A DNA stretch of 64,000 nt from Dicyema japonicum (taxonomy: Eukaryota; Animalia; Dicyemida), in NCBI GenBank assembly GCA_011109175.1, contig RDEW01000002.1:1470111-1534110 (forward strand), given 5' to 3'. The notes below the pieces were generated by a model. It ran no database searches and was not told the DNA's origin. It saw nothing but the letters and a program-made list of their open reading frames with translations. How positions within the stretch are numbered: position 1 is the stretch's first letter; every line of letters starts with the position of its first letter. Both the position numbers and the translations under genes were made by a program. Shown one piece after another: positions 13,490 through 26,684 of this stretch.

Positions 13490-13754
13490 ATGATTATTTT
13501 AAATTTTAAATTTTTTTATTCAGAATAACTATTATAACAATATTAATTTATATTTATCACTCAAACTTGGGGTACATTGACTACTAAAGTGGGTTTTCAC
13601 AACTGCAAGTATGGACGTCTTTTACCCTTTATGTCGATTCCGGATGTACTCTCTGTAGAAGTGGAAACTGGATACACCTAATTGGTTGTTTACTTTAACT
13701 TCTCTCTCGGTGTATCCGGGGTTAATTTATTTATTTAACACCCAAGACCACGGT

Positions 13755-16590
13755 AAAACCAAAACTAACTATCACGTGATCCCGATGCGCTCAGCCAAAA
13801 TCCTCATTCTTTTCCGGTGCTCCTCTTTTGTACCCACACAAGCTCGTACAGGGCGGCTGACTATTTGCATGGCCACCTTCCCGCATGCCGGAGTTTTGTT
13901 TAATGAGAACCTCCAGAGTAGTCGGTCCTGTTCTGTGTCTCCCACAAGACCACCGTTCCGTCATTCTGAAGGCCTTCTTTTGAACGTCCTCGATTTTCTT
14001 AGTGTTCGTCCATGATAATGAAGGTTCCCACGAAGCACACGCGTACGAGAAACATGGTTCGATGTATTGCTTGTAAATGTTCATCAAGACCGGGTGGGTA
14101 CCTGTCTTCCATATTCCAGATAAACATTTTAATACATTGATCCTCTTCTCGCACTTCAGAACAATGTTTGACACGTGTGGTGACAAACATAAGTGTGTAT
14201 CCAGTGTCACGCCCAGGATCTTCTGACATTTGGTGAAGGGGATTTCAATGTTGTCCAATTTTAACTTGACAGTCATCTTCCCCAACCTTTTGTCCGAAGT
14301 AAACATAGACGTGACCGACTTTCTGGAATTTATCGTGAGTCGGTTCTTCATTACCCAGGCGTTGAGTCGGTCCAGGTTTATTTGTAATCTTTCTGTAGCA
14401 TTTTGGATATCCCAATCACGCGAGGCCAAAACAATGTCGTCCGCATATGTGAGTAGAACATCGTTATTGGATTCCGGTGTCGGGAGATCTGCCAGGTATA
14501 AATTGAATAAGGCGGGGATAAAGGAGATCCTTGGGGGACACCGTTTGGGAGAAGACGTGAGACTGATTTCAGTCCTCCGAGGCATACACGTCCTTCGTCC
14601 ACTTAAGAAATTTGTTATCCAAAGTTTAAGCTTCCCTGGGATCTCGGACTGGAAAATTTTCTTTGATAATATTTTTCTCGAAATAGAATCAAAGGCCTAG
14701 TTAATATCAATGGAACATAAGACTGTTTTCAAATGCCTTGGTTTGTTTGAAAAATTATCTCTAATGAAGTTGGTTAATTTCTGTAGGTACATTGATGTAG
14801 AACAATCGCTCTTGAATCCGTGTTGAAAATCCTTTTCTGGTAAGAAAACCTTGATTCTCCCAAGCACAAGCCTTTCCAGGATTTTCGATATGGAACATAA
14901 CAATGACACAGGTCTAAATGATGCTGGATCTTCCTTAGGTATTCCAGGTTTCAGTATAGGTCGGATGTTGGCTTGCTTCCATAACAACGGTATTACAATT
15001 AATTGAATAGTTATACACCGACGTTAGAAAACCGACTCCAATATCTCCAAGGTTCTTCAATAACACTGCTGGAATGTTGTCGGGACTGGCAGAGTACGTT
15101 GTTCTTGTAAAATGCAGCGCATTCTTCACGTCTTCATCCGAGAAGTAAACTTGGTTAGAATCCTTCTTCAGTTTTCTCCATGAAGAGAGAAGCACTTCCG
15201 ACTTCCTGTGTTCCTTGTACGAAATTTTTGTGTAGAATTTTATCAAATTGTTAACGTCTCGTTGAGTATAGTCATCCTCAGGGGAAGTTTCTTCTCCCTT
15301 TGCAACATTTCGGATGGCTTTCCACACTTCTCCGGTACTACGGTTGCGATTTACCTTTGTAAGAATCCGATTCCACTTCAATTTCTGGGCCTTGAACTCT
15401 CTGGCCTTTATTTCGTTGTTTAGAGCTCTGATCCGGAGTTTCGTTTCTAATGTGATCCAATTAGATTTTTTGAGGTGATTTCTTTCTTTGATCAATGCCG
15501 ACTTCCCTCGACCATTGAGGAGTTTAGACGATGCTTGGGAACAGCCAATGATCTTGCTTCTAGGATTGTGCAAGTAAAGTATTTGATCGCTTTTTCTAGC
15601 GATTTGAAGCTGACCAAGTAACAATTCTTCAGTCTATCATCAGAGATTGCGCGGTACAATTCCTAATTAGCAGCTTTGTAGTTATAACTAGCAGGTGTTC
15701 TCCTCACTCTGACTTCTCTCATGACCTTCATCACAATTGGATTATGGTCGCTTCTTGTTTCGTAGAGGACTGACCAATCAATTTTTGATGAAAGCGACGA
15801 TGAGCAGAGTGTTACATCCGGTGAGTAAGCTGATCCGCCTCTCTAGTGGGGTCCTTGTATTTTTCGCTGGATCGTTCAGTATCGTTATGGAGTCCGATTT
15901 CAATAACAATAGCTACTCTCTCGTGTCGGCCTGTTGGGTTGACAACTATAACGGGTGCATTGCGTTTAAATCTCCACATATGATTATCTCATCGTAGATA
16001 GCCAATCTTTATAGGTTTGGAATAACATAGTCCTTTGGGCAGGAGCCGGGAGGAGGCAAGTAGATATTCACGAGGCACATATTTCCTTTCGTTGTCCCAA
16101 GCGAGATTCCAATTGCCTCAGTAACCTCGTCATTTCCAACAAGTTTCCTCACTTCCGAAGTAATGTCTCTGCATATCAGGTTCTTTTTGAATAGAGTAAG
16201 TAGTCCACCCCCTCTTCTTTTTTTACGGTCCATCCTGATTTCCTCGTATCCAGGGAATGAAGGAGTGGAATCATGCATGTGGAGTTTAGTTTCTTGAATC
16301 ATCGCCACGTCGATCTTCTGATTTGCCAGGATTGACCGGAGTTCCCTGACCTTGCCTTTAATTCCGATGATGTTCAATTGGAGAGCAGTAAATTTTCTTT
16401 CTCCACAATGGGCTGAGGGTTTTCGCCGGGAATGTTTGACTTTTTTGAAGCACATGTGCCGGGGGGTCGATAATGACCCCGGGAGGAAGGGGTCTAATGG
16501 TCCTTTTCGGGAGGGCATTAGAAGCCCTCTGGGCGTTGCCAATTCCTTTTGAATTTTTTGAATTGGTGGACCACATAACGCCACGCTAAA
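13755..16590 (-). mobile_element. Near-full-length decayed I/Jockey-group LINE (APE + RT + C-terminus)
   Basis: LQLNIIGI...IQETKL (APE), SFRPVSLLCSISKILERLV, QHGFK, GVPQGS, YADDI, KILGVTLD, YACASW; ends RIGIT*. Confidence 0.92.
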
Positions 16591-16629
16591 TCACAGTTAA
16601 TAAATAATAGTTGTTAGCAAATAATTTCC

Positions 16630-17170
16630 AACTTTCCGAGATACTCCGTCTTCAGGAGAGACAGAGATCATGGAAAGGGATGAGGCCTTATTACGCTAAT
16701 CAGAAAGCATATACTGGCCATCAATATTTTGGATGACATCTCGGACCCCTTCCCCCAAGACGACTCACTGGAACAACTAACTCTGAGAATCTGCCTACCC
16801 TCTTTCCGATTGACAGTTGTCAATATGTACATACCACCTCCACCGTCATGCCCCAGCAGCTACCTCCACGAACTCAAGGGATTCAGCCGGTTGGAAAACA
16901 CGTTAATTGTCGGTAACCTAAAGCAAAGATTTATCAATGGTATGCTGACCAACAACTGGATAAACGAGGAACTCCCATATCCGACAGTTTTGACGACTTG
17001 ATCATTCTCAATAATCCAAGCAACACACAAGGACCCCTTCCAGTCGAGGCGACTACCCTACTTCCCCGACATTTCTTTTGCCACTCCTTCTTTTGCGACT
17101 GTTATTTCATTGGATGTTATTTACGACTTACATACTGATCATAACCAAATCTTCATGAGGATCTCACAAA
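16630..17170 (+). mobile_element. I/Jockey-like APE endonuclease fragment
   Basis: GLITLIRK, LTVVNMYIPP, LIVGN, PDISFA, TDHNQI. Confidence 0.7.
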
Positions 17171-17199
17171 AACATAAGTTAGTTTATCGAACCTACAGG

Positions 17200-17970
17200 G
17201 ACTTAAAGCCTCATATCGGAGAAGAAACGAGCATAATAGCATTTGCGGATGACGTGGACTTTATTTCGAATAACAAAGAAGAGTTAATTTCACTTTTGGA
17301 GAAAATGCCTGATAAAATGGCTGAATGGTCATTAAAAGTAAACACAAACAAAACCGAAATCACGGAGCTAAAAAGAAGTGAGGAAAGGACCGAGGAGCAC
17401 TGGCGTAGATCAAAAAACTATGATCACTTCTCGGTGACACTGAAGATATAACACGAAGGAAGACACTAACTAGTGTCGCTTTCAACAAAATAAAGAAGAC
17501 CTGGCTTCTGCACAAAGGGCTTGACCCTAAAACTCGAATGAGACTATACAATGCCCTAGTGAGGCCAATCCTATTACATAATGCCGGTACATAGGCATGT
17601 ACATGCAGGAACACGAAAAGTTGAATTCTTTTCATAGAAATCATCTCCGAGCACTCATTTCTTCCCGAAGCTTCTTCAAATGCCGTCCGAAATCTTATAC
17701 AAAAGAACAGGAACTGAGCCAATATTATGTGATATACTGATTCAAGATGGAAACTGTTTGGACACATACTCCGCCACGATATGGGAACATACCAATGGAG
17801 GAGTATTTTGTCTTAGAGGAATCTCGTTTTCCGCGGGCCGGTCGAGGACAACACTGCCGGTAATCCTAGATGAAGATCTAGGAGGATTGGAAAGTGCCTT
17901 AAGATGGGGATTATCTAGATATGCTAAGGAACATGTCAACGGATCGAAAAAGATGGGGGACGTTAATTAG
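17200..17970 (+). mobile_element. RTE-clade LINE 3' fragment
   Basis: FADDVDF, WSLKVNTNKTE, RMRLYNALVRPILLHNAG, AGRSRTTLPVILDEDL; same family as 33.5-34.9 kb. Confidence 0.8.
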
Positions 17971-18049
17971 ATTGTTAACTTTTCGTGTTGCACATGCTTT
18001 GTCATGATCTTGGCATCGCGTACGTGCCTATAATATACCTACAGGCCTT

Positions 18050-18900
18050 CCAGATAGAGAACTTGGATCTATCGACGCTGCTTTCAAATACCTAAACGAG
18101 ATTATACTCCGAGCTCGCAAAAGATTCATTCCGATAGGTCGTCCTCAACGTCCATCACATCAATTGATGCTGAAACGCTAGCTCTAATCCAAATGAGAAG
18201 TAATCTGAAGAAATTCGAAGACAATCAGTGGACGTAACTGAAAGGATATCAAAACTGAATAAAGAAGTCACGTGGAACATTACAAAAACAAAACAAAGAA
18301 CGTTGGGAAGCTGTGCTCAAAAAAGCTACGAATAATACTTCTTCCACTGTATTATGGAAATCAATAAGGAAGCTCAAGAAGTGCTCTCCACATTTAATTG
18401 GAGATCGAGAGCCACTTCCATATCCCAGTGACCTTATAAAGCACTATGTGAATATTAGTCATGGACTATATTCAAAATACCTGGATGTTCTTCCAGACCA
18501 TGGTCGAAGGAATAAATGTCCCAACATGACTTTCTTCGACACGTCAATCGAGGATCTAAAGAAAATTGGAATTCTCAAGGCTTTTACGCACTCCCAAATA
18601 TCTTCCCGTCCATCGTTAGAACTTAAATACAAACAATTTGTTCTGCCGAATATCGAGTACGCCAGTGCTGCATGAATTGCCCCGTTATCACTATCGACAC
18701 AGAGCAATCGGAAAAGTTTTACAAAACCAATGTCTCAGAGTGCTATTGAGATCGTCGAAAAAGACGTCCACTTTGTTACTACGGAGGACACTAAACGTCC
18801 CTCAATCATGGAATACCTTACGTAACGCCAATGGGACTTCCTCAAGATTGCAAAGTCCTCCTACCATCCCCTGGGCCGGACATAAAACGATTTGCTCTGA
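18050..18900 (+). mobile_element. I/Jockey-like LINE fragments
   Basis: SIDAAFKYLNEIILRARKRFIP, LWKSIRKL, YKQFVLPNIEYASAA, KVLQNQCLR. Confidence 0.7.
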
Positions 18901-18989
18901 GAATCCCCAACAATTAATATTTATTTGTATAAGGAACAAATTTAATAAATAAATTAAAAATAATTTAAATATTAACATTAAGTGTTTTC

Positions 18990-19531
18990 ATGTGTGAAAA
19001 TTATTCCTTTTTGAAGCCAAGAGTACAGGATCCAAATGTAACCTATCCGTTGGAGGTCTTATATTGTGAAGGTATTAAGACACTTAATTTAAAGAATGTG
19101 GGTTCCCACCGGAGTATTGTATGTTTGGAAAAACCCCAAATGAGTGTAAGATATGGTATGATGCCTACATGAAAAATAAAGCTAAGGAAGTCCAAATTAT
19201 TGAACAAACCCCAGAAATAATCGAAGAGACGTCGAATCTCCCCCAAATCGAGATATCTCTTATATCCAAGGATGGGAATATTCAGACTAAAATATCTGGC
19301 TTGAAAGAATACGGTATTTCATTTCCTAATATCAGACATTGATCTCCGTGCTGCCAGAAAGTTCATGTCAAATAAGTTGTCAGTCTCTGCCAATTTTTCT
19401 GGGTTCGATTTAATTCTACAAGGGGATGTTACCGAGAAGGCCAGGGAGACCATTGCCTCAAATGGACTAAGGTATACGCTTTTTTGTAGTACCCTTAGAT
19501 TTCATCAGATCGGATTTTGATTAAACTGTGA
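18990..19531 (+). CDS. DENR: Density-regulated protein (DENR/Tma22, SUI1 domain), 3 tiny introns
   Basis: YPLEVLYCEECGFPPEYC...C, ISGLKEY, DLRAARKFMSNKLSVSA, ILQGDV. A homolog-like C-terminus (SKWTKISSDRI) needs one extra A at about 19461. Confidence 0.85.
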
Positions 19532-20099
19532 TTTCAATTAATTTTACAATCCTTTATTTTAATAGTATCCTCCAATTCATGGGAGTATCATATTATGTTG
19601 GGGGACACTTTTTTTGGATAGGAGTATAGAGGAATGAACGATTAAATTAGTCAGCATTTTATTGGTGAAATAGTGCCCGCAGATCGATGGGATTTTCGGG
19701 ACGTGTTATATCTTAATCCTATCTTATGCATTCATATCCCCCGAATCACCATTATATCAAAGTTATATTAGCCACAATGCTATCAACCACCGATAGTCGC
19801 AGTGGACTTTAGAAGAATCCATTATAGCTAGGGGAATTCATTGACCTTGTTTTAGACTGTTGAGGACAATTGCGTAGCTTTTTCAAAAATGTGCATTATG
19901 ACTGCAGTTCCCTTTTTAAAAAAAACCCAAGGTTGCTTGCTAGCAATCGAATAGTCGTATGTTTTATTAATTGGGCCGATTAAATTATTAACCTCATTTT
20001 TGCTAACATGTGGGAGATTGACGACCGACAAAAAACGAGTATCTAATACAGGGCGCTATCAGAAATCAATTACTTTCACTTTGAGTTTTGGCGGTTCAG

Positions 20100-20730
20100 G
20101 ACAAGAGATCTCAAATTACTCTCCCAACCAGAGACGTATAATGTCCACATCGTAAACGAGAAAGTTCCACTTTGACGGTCATCGGAAGTAGGAGTTCTGA
20201 AGCGTTAATATCAGGAGGTCTGCGTTCCAGTATCTTGTTTTCTTCGAAGGTTCGTGTGACACGTGTAGACACTAAGTCATGTAAACTATTTGTCCAGATT
20301 TGGTCTTGGCGGGAGGTGTATATTTTCCTGAGTGTTATTTGGAGACCAGTGAATGTTCTCCGTATGTATCTGGAATTAGTGGATTCAGGGTGGTTTGTGT
20401 CAAGCGATTGTCTGAGATATTGTAAGCTCCTCATTTCATGGTAATCACCTATAGGCAGGATTTTAGACTCCCAGTTTAAGTGCCGACGGAAGATGATTTC
20501 AAACAGCCCGTTGAAGCTTTCAATTTTGAACCTGCTGCAGCTTTAGTAGGAGGGAGAGTGATTTGCATGGAGCCCAGCTTGGGGAGGCATAATTATGTGT
20601 CGCCCTGATGAATAGCGATTCTTTCGAAGGAGTACCCGATGGCGACCGTTGAGCGTGCACAAAGATCTCGCTCCGATGAGATCCCCCGACGTCAGGAGAA
20701 GTCGAGACCAACCTGGGAGGGAACAAAATT
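20100..20730 (-). mobile_element. I/Jockey-like LINE 3' fragment
   Basis: NYASPSWAP...KLQQVQN, DTNHP, RPPDINASELLLP...LSRLRCGH. Confidence 0.75.
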
Positions 20731-20809
20731 AGAATTGGGGGTGATTATCATAAATGACTGTTGTTTATTTAGTGGAAAGATGAAGGTCATATAATTAAAG
20801 TTAGAAATA

Positions 20810-23384
20810 TTAGTTTGTCAATATTTGAGGTTGAATATTGATTGCAGCAATATGGAGTGCAATCTTACAAACAAACTCATATTGTTCCTACCCATGAATA
20901 ACACAACAAACAATCGTCTGAACCATCAAAGTTCTCGACTTTCTCAAAATAGAAAGGATTTCCTCGGGGACTATAGTCTGTCGTCTCTTTGAAGTGTAAA
21001 GCAATATAAGAGACGATATAATCACCCCAGTCCGTCCAACACCAGCACTTCTCTTAGACAATATAATACCTGCAGTGAATTATAGGAGTCGGAGTAGGTT
21101 GATCTCCGTACAAGATGTCATACAAATGAACCACAAAGTTATAAAAATTTTTCATTTCATTCGGTACCCCATGATCAGGCCATCCTGTGTACCTAAAGTG
21201 CTTAACCTTCAAATTCTCATCACGGGGCGACTAAATAACAAAATTATCAAACGTTAGAATTTGCTATGACCAAGTTAGTGATGACATAGTCGTCCTTGAC
21301 CTCTTCTTTAAGATTAGTTATAGAAAATGGTCCAAAGATAACGGTCTTCCCAATATTAGGCCAATAACGGTGGCATTTGGGGACATTTTTCTCAACCAAT
21401 CCCGTTAACATTACAATGATGGTGGCTCTCCGATCCCAAATCATCTAAAATTTATAGAAACAAGGCACGTGGTAGAAATCCGCCACAGTCGACTCCAATG
21501 GACCTTGAGCAGCTATAAAATTAAGCTTGATATTATTTTTATAATACTACATACAACCACAGGGGTACCTCAACTAGACTAGCATTGATGTACCCATTTC
21601 CACCACGAATAGTCACCAAAGTCTGGTCATCTAAGCATCAATTAACCACCAACATGGCACAGTATCCCTGTATCTGTTTAACTTTCGGAATAAGCTAGAG
21701 TTGGCAACGTTCATTGTCGTCCCGGGCCACACTTTAGGCACATTCTAGTTCATCAGAGACACCCCCATACAATGTACTGGTTCCTTATTCTCCCATTTTC
21801 TATGTCATTACGAAGCTGGTCCATCGAGGTACATATAGCCTCATTACTGCAGGGTTGGACCTCGTCAGATGCGGAGAGACTATCATCGACCTACAATCAC
21901 AGGACTGTTAACCTTGGGAAGATTAGCTCGTAGCTTAGTGGCAAATGGAGTTCCACGGAGATTCAAGTTGACAAGTCTAGTGAAATTATAAGTCACATTC
22001 CAAGGAGTTTCAACAAATTTGGGGGAGCCGTCTTGGAGTGATATGAAATCTAGACATAATTGTCTCCCAAACCAGAAATAACGACTAAATTGAGCTCAGA
22101 CCTTATAAAGGAGTTGCATGTTAGGATATTTTGCATGTCCTGTAGGGAAAGGCTGAAGGTACAGCGTCCGTTTATGAAGAGTATAATATCTCCCCTTTTC
22201 AGTTTGTCGAGAATCTCCGACTCTTCAACGTAAATTAGCATTTCGTGACAGCCCCCCTTACAGTAAGCCACCACCAAATAACCGAGATACTAAAATTGTA
22301 TGAATTGTTTCGGTAGGGGATGGTAACATACTTGGCCCCCATTTCCTCAAAATAGGAACTGAATATCTCAAAGTCGTCCAAAGTCTGTGGTTTCTCATGA
22401 ATAGTCGATCTGGGGGAATCAACATAAACTACGTTGTGGAAAACTTATGATTTTCAGTGCAGAGCCCCATAAACGACCGACAAAAAGCAGGATTTTGGAA
22501 TTCTATGGAGAAGACCTGTGACGGGACATTCTTACTCTTGGTCAGTTAAGTTACTGAGATACCGGCTCCCCCTTAATCTGCATTTTCACAACATTCTCTT
22601 TCCATGATATTTTCGAGAATCTCTTCCACTTTACCACGAACAGAATCTTCTCTTCTCTTGTGAATGCCACTCCTATAGGATTAATGGTCACTACGGCCGA
22701 CAACTTGGTGAACTTGTCCTACAATCAAAATGAGAGGAAACTGAGCAGTCATACGACAAAACCCCAGCCATATAGAAAGGTAACTGAGAAATCCTAATCA
22801 GGAATGAAATGAGTGTCACAGAGACAGACAACTTTCCCATTTCTTCCAAGTAGGAGTCCTCTATTTTATCGTCATCTCCGATCACTTAATCAAGGAGATG
22901 GATTACTGTGAAAGAAGGAAGACTCGAGGATTGAAAACTCAGTCGGATCGATGAAATTCTTATTTAAATCAAGCACATTCTTCATCAAATGTGCGTACAG
23001 AGTTCTAATATAGTGGCATCATCTACCTTGCACGAGTGTCCTCAATCTCGTGGGGGTTCTTGGTAAAGACGCAAATCCTGAGGTAGAGGTGATCGGTTTT
23101 ATCTAGCAATTTTACGAGGGAAAACCATCAATCTGCTTGTCTAGTTGCTTGGACCGGTCTAGATAGATCTGCCATTGAAATTAGGCGTTACATCATTTTT
23201 CTGGGGGTCCGGGGATTTGAAAAGGCCGAAATATCTGCCATCGGTAATGCCAAACATTCTAAATACGAGACTTGTGAGATCAGAGACGAGAGTGTTACCC
23301 TAGATTGTGGCAAAAACAAACATGAGCAGTCAACTTTAGTTGTGTCTGCTTACTAGGACAGAGAAATATGGCACGATTTGTCAT
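20810..23384 (-). CDS. FERM-PDZ-tyrosine phosphatase (PTPN3/PTPN4-like) with many 22-39 nt introns
   Basis: FERM: FGITDGRYFGLF, WKRFSKISWK, LCTENHKF. PDZ: YNFSISGG, GDIILFING. PTP: LNRYRDTVP, YINAS, FIAAQGPL, IVMLT, KCHRYWP, WPDHGVP, HCSAGVGRTG, MVQT.EQYEF. The start codon is approximate. Confidence 0.88.
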
Positions 23385-23514
23385 TGCTCCAATCAGGAAA
23401 CAATAGCCGATTCCATAATTTATAGCATTACTACTAATTCCGTATTAATCGTCAAAATGGCGATTATTTACAGTAAACCACGTTAATCGATTATTAGATA
23501 GTGTTAGTTAGAAG

Positions 23515-24248
23515 TTAGGAACCGAGGATGATGTTGAATGACTCCTTGTACTACAGGAATTAAACCAAGGGTCACAGAATCCTCGGGAATGCAGGCACCG
23601 AATGCTTCCAGCAAAAGGGGCTCACTCTCCACTGCTTTTACGTATTCGTCAAAGCTAATCTGGTTGTCGTGGTCCAAGTCCTTGAAGTAACAAAAGTGAA
23701 AAGACCATTCGTTTGATGGCCAGTTCTACCAGATCCTTCACTCCCTCATCTGGGTCCTCCTCGTTTATTTGCTAAAATAAGCCACTTAAGACTACTCTGA
23801 TCAAGCTCGTCTTCAGTAAATGAAACAGTTCCTCCCTCGACAGCAGTCCATTTCCGTTATAGTCGTAAATTGCAAAGCAGTCTGTGTGAGGAATAAAACT
23901 ACATCTAAGTAGCTGGTCCCGAGTTCCTCGTAGAAGGACTGAGTAGCCTGTGACCCATTCCTCGAAGGAGAGAAGTCCGTCGTTAGACTTGTTGATGATC
24001 TTGAATGCTACATATTCAATAATTGGTACAACATCTGTCAAGCATAAGGTCGTCCGTGATTCCAAATGTCGAATGCAGTGTCTCACGGAATTTAAGTCTG
24101 TCCATCTTACAATCTGGCCCCCCAACCAATTCTTGGAACATTGAATACAAGGCATCCACCTCATTTCTAGAAACTAAAGGTAATTCTTTAACAAACAGTG
24201 AGTTTTGTTGGATATTAATTGGAATAACTTAGCCTGTACTCTCCCCAT
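23515..24248 (-). CDS. EFCAB1: Calaxin / EF-hand calcium-binding protein 1 (outer dynein arm docking), 7 introns
   Basis: FSRNEVDALY, MDRLKFRETLHSTFGITDDLMLDR, EWVTGYSVLLRGT, CFAIYDYNGNG, EEDPDEGVKDLVE, DLDHDNQISF, EPLLLEAFGACIP. Confidence 0.93.
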
Positions 24249-24783
24249 GTTTATATGGCAACTCACATATTTTTGTGTAAATACAAAAATATGATAAATT
24301 ATATTTATTTAATTAATATTATAAGGAAGGACTTTCGAGTGGATAATTTTATGTTTCCACGTGTATTGCGCGTGTAAAACCTCATTGCGTAGATTCGCTA
24401 AGTACAACATTAATATCAAAGTCCGTCCTTAAATAAGCCATAGACAGACAAAACTACTTAAATGGGCCATTCATCACCATAGCAACAGACACGTGACTAA
24501 CCTACTTTGAATAAAAGTGAATTCATTGAAATAATTCAAACTCAATCGATAAATCGATAGCCCGCTGGATGGCGATATAATAGCGATACAGCGCTTTAAG
24601 GTCAATCCGGGAATTCTAACAAATAGTCAATTCGATAATTAATGTACGTCTATTATCCGAATCGATAATTGCGGTAATATAAATAGAACTGCCCAGTCGC
24701 GGGCATGCGGATGCTGTGTTCTTTGTATTTTACTTATTCTTTATTGCCTATTCAATTTACTTTAATCACATCATTTAGATTGA
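24249..24783. promoter_or_regulatory. Putative bidirectional promoter between EFCAB1 and the Ski/Dac-domain gene
   Basis: X-box-like GTTTATATGGCAAC (24249-24262) and ATCACCATAGCAAC (24473-24486), CACGTG at 24358 and 24490, and six CGATA motifs at 24545-24670. Confidence 0.65.
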
Positions 24784-26019
24784 ATGGTAAATGAAATGCA
24801 CATTAAAACGCTCCATGGAAATTCTAATGACAGACTCATTATGGTTAATGACCCCTCCAGACAGCATGCTCAAGCTATAAAGAGGAAGCTGTTGTTGGAC
24901 AAATTTAATTGCAGCAAATTATTTTCTCGGCCTAGTAACGCACAGTTCAACCAATTTGTTGGGAATTTGGCCAATCTCTCTTCTATCATCAAAAATAATT
25001 CTTCCGGTGTTAAATTAGAGCAACAGCATATTAAAAAAGTTAGAATGCTCCCCCACTTCAAAGTCTAATGGTCATCCTGATGGACAGAAATCAGCCAAAC
25101 CCCCAAGTGAAGGTCAAAAGGCTAAGACGTCGTGTCGAAACCAAGGAAATAAGCCTTCGGCGACTACGACTTTGTGGAATATGGATATTTGTAATATGTT
25201 GGGCATCTCGGATGAGGAGAAAGTTGTGAAGACTGAAAATGCACCACCTAGAGAGACAAAGGAACTCCCTTTCTGTAGTATTAAAGAAGAGGTGACAAAG
25301 CTTCCAGTTTTTAAGCAGGAAAATGTTAGAATGGACTGTGAAACCTCAAAAATTAAGGTTGAATTGGCCAGAGGGAATCGATTTGGTGCCTATGAGACAT
25401 TGGTTGCTCGGTTACGCGAGAGAGGACGCAGTGAATTCCTCAAAGGTGGACCGGGGTGCTCCAACTCGTGCAGGGATGCCATTAAAACTAATCCTATCGA
25501 GGAAATCGCTAATCAACGGTTAAATTCGTTGAAATATGCTGATATTTATATCGGTCTAATCGAAATTTTAAGGAGAAGCTCAGTAGAGTCGGTCTCCACC
25601 TCTGTTTTTTCGTTCGATGACCATTCACTCGTTCCCCCGCATGAGGAAGGTAACCCGTTTTTTTACTTTAGATGACTGTACAGAGGAAAGATTGGTGATT
25701 GTGTCTTATGGAGATGCCAAATTCCCGGCTATTCGAAGGGATGGGGATGTTTTTGTTCGTCTGGCAGACATAAATAACGAGGCGATTCCTTCTAAGGACA
25801 CGAGGAGTTTACAGAGCAAATGTAAAAGGCTGGATATACCAGTGGGTGTTGTTTATAAGAAAATCTTAGTTACTCTCGTGTACTGACACAGAGTTGAACC
25901 TTCTTATAAACTTCGCAAATTCACCTCAGACAAAAAGTCATCATATCATTAGTCTCGATGACACCCAGAAGTTACTGGACTCTTTATTGGTCGATAGAAG
26001 GAGACGGAAGACACGGTGA
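24784..26019 (+). CDS. Putative nuclear protein with a C-terminal Ski/Sno/Dac-like winged-helix domain, 3 introns
   Basis: Splices to an open frame. C-terminal KFPAIRRDGDVFVRL...QSKCKRLDIPLLSCTDTELNLL...HIISLDDTQKL resembles the Dachshund/Ski box (TKLKRLEITPVVCNVEQVRIL...KLISRKD); basic tail DRRRRKTR. Confidence 0.65.
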
Positions 26020-26684
26020 TTGTTTGATTATATTTGTTTGTGAATAAACCCATGACTTTACTTTCTTCATGACTCATTTCTGACTGATTATAATATTATC
26101 GATTAATTAATTCTTTATTAATTCTGGTTAGGTTTTATACCACCAACAGTATTACCATGTCTCTGCCTCCCCCCCCTCATGCCTGTCGGGAGAGGCTACA
26201 TTGGGGATATTAGGACTTTTTGATGGATTGTTTTTATATTTGGCGATTTCGAAGGAAAGAGTCTTCAATTGGGTGATCGTCCATGTGACCTGTTGCTCTT
26301 CCCTTCTGTCTTGGAGGTTAGTCTGATTGAAAATAGGTTAGTATGAGATGATTTTTTAAAGATAACCTATCTGCTTTTGACGGACGGGATCAAATCGGGA
26401 ATGGATGGGTCACGTGTGTTATCCGTTGTGTTCCAAAGGAGTACTTTTAGAATCGACCTACGACTCCCTAATAATCATATTCATTGAATATTAAATCGAT
26501 TGTCGATAAAATTAGATAGAGTTGATGCAGTGGATCAGCCTCTTTGAAGACATTGCTTATAGACATCATGAGAACGACTTATTTTCGATTTTTTACACGG
26601 TGGGTTGGATCAAATTTACAAGGTCACGTTGACACATTTTTGATTTTTTGACAACAATTTTACTCAGCTAATCCCTACTTTCCC

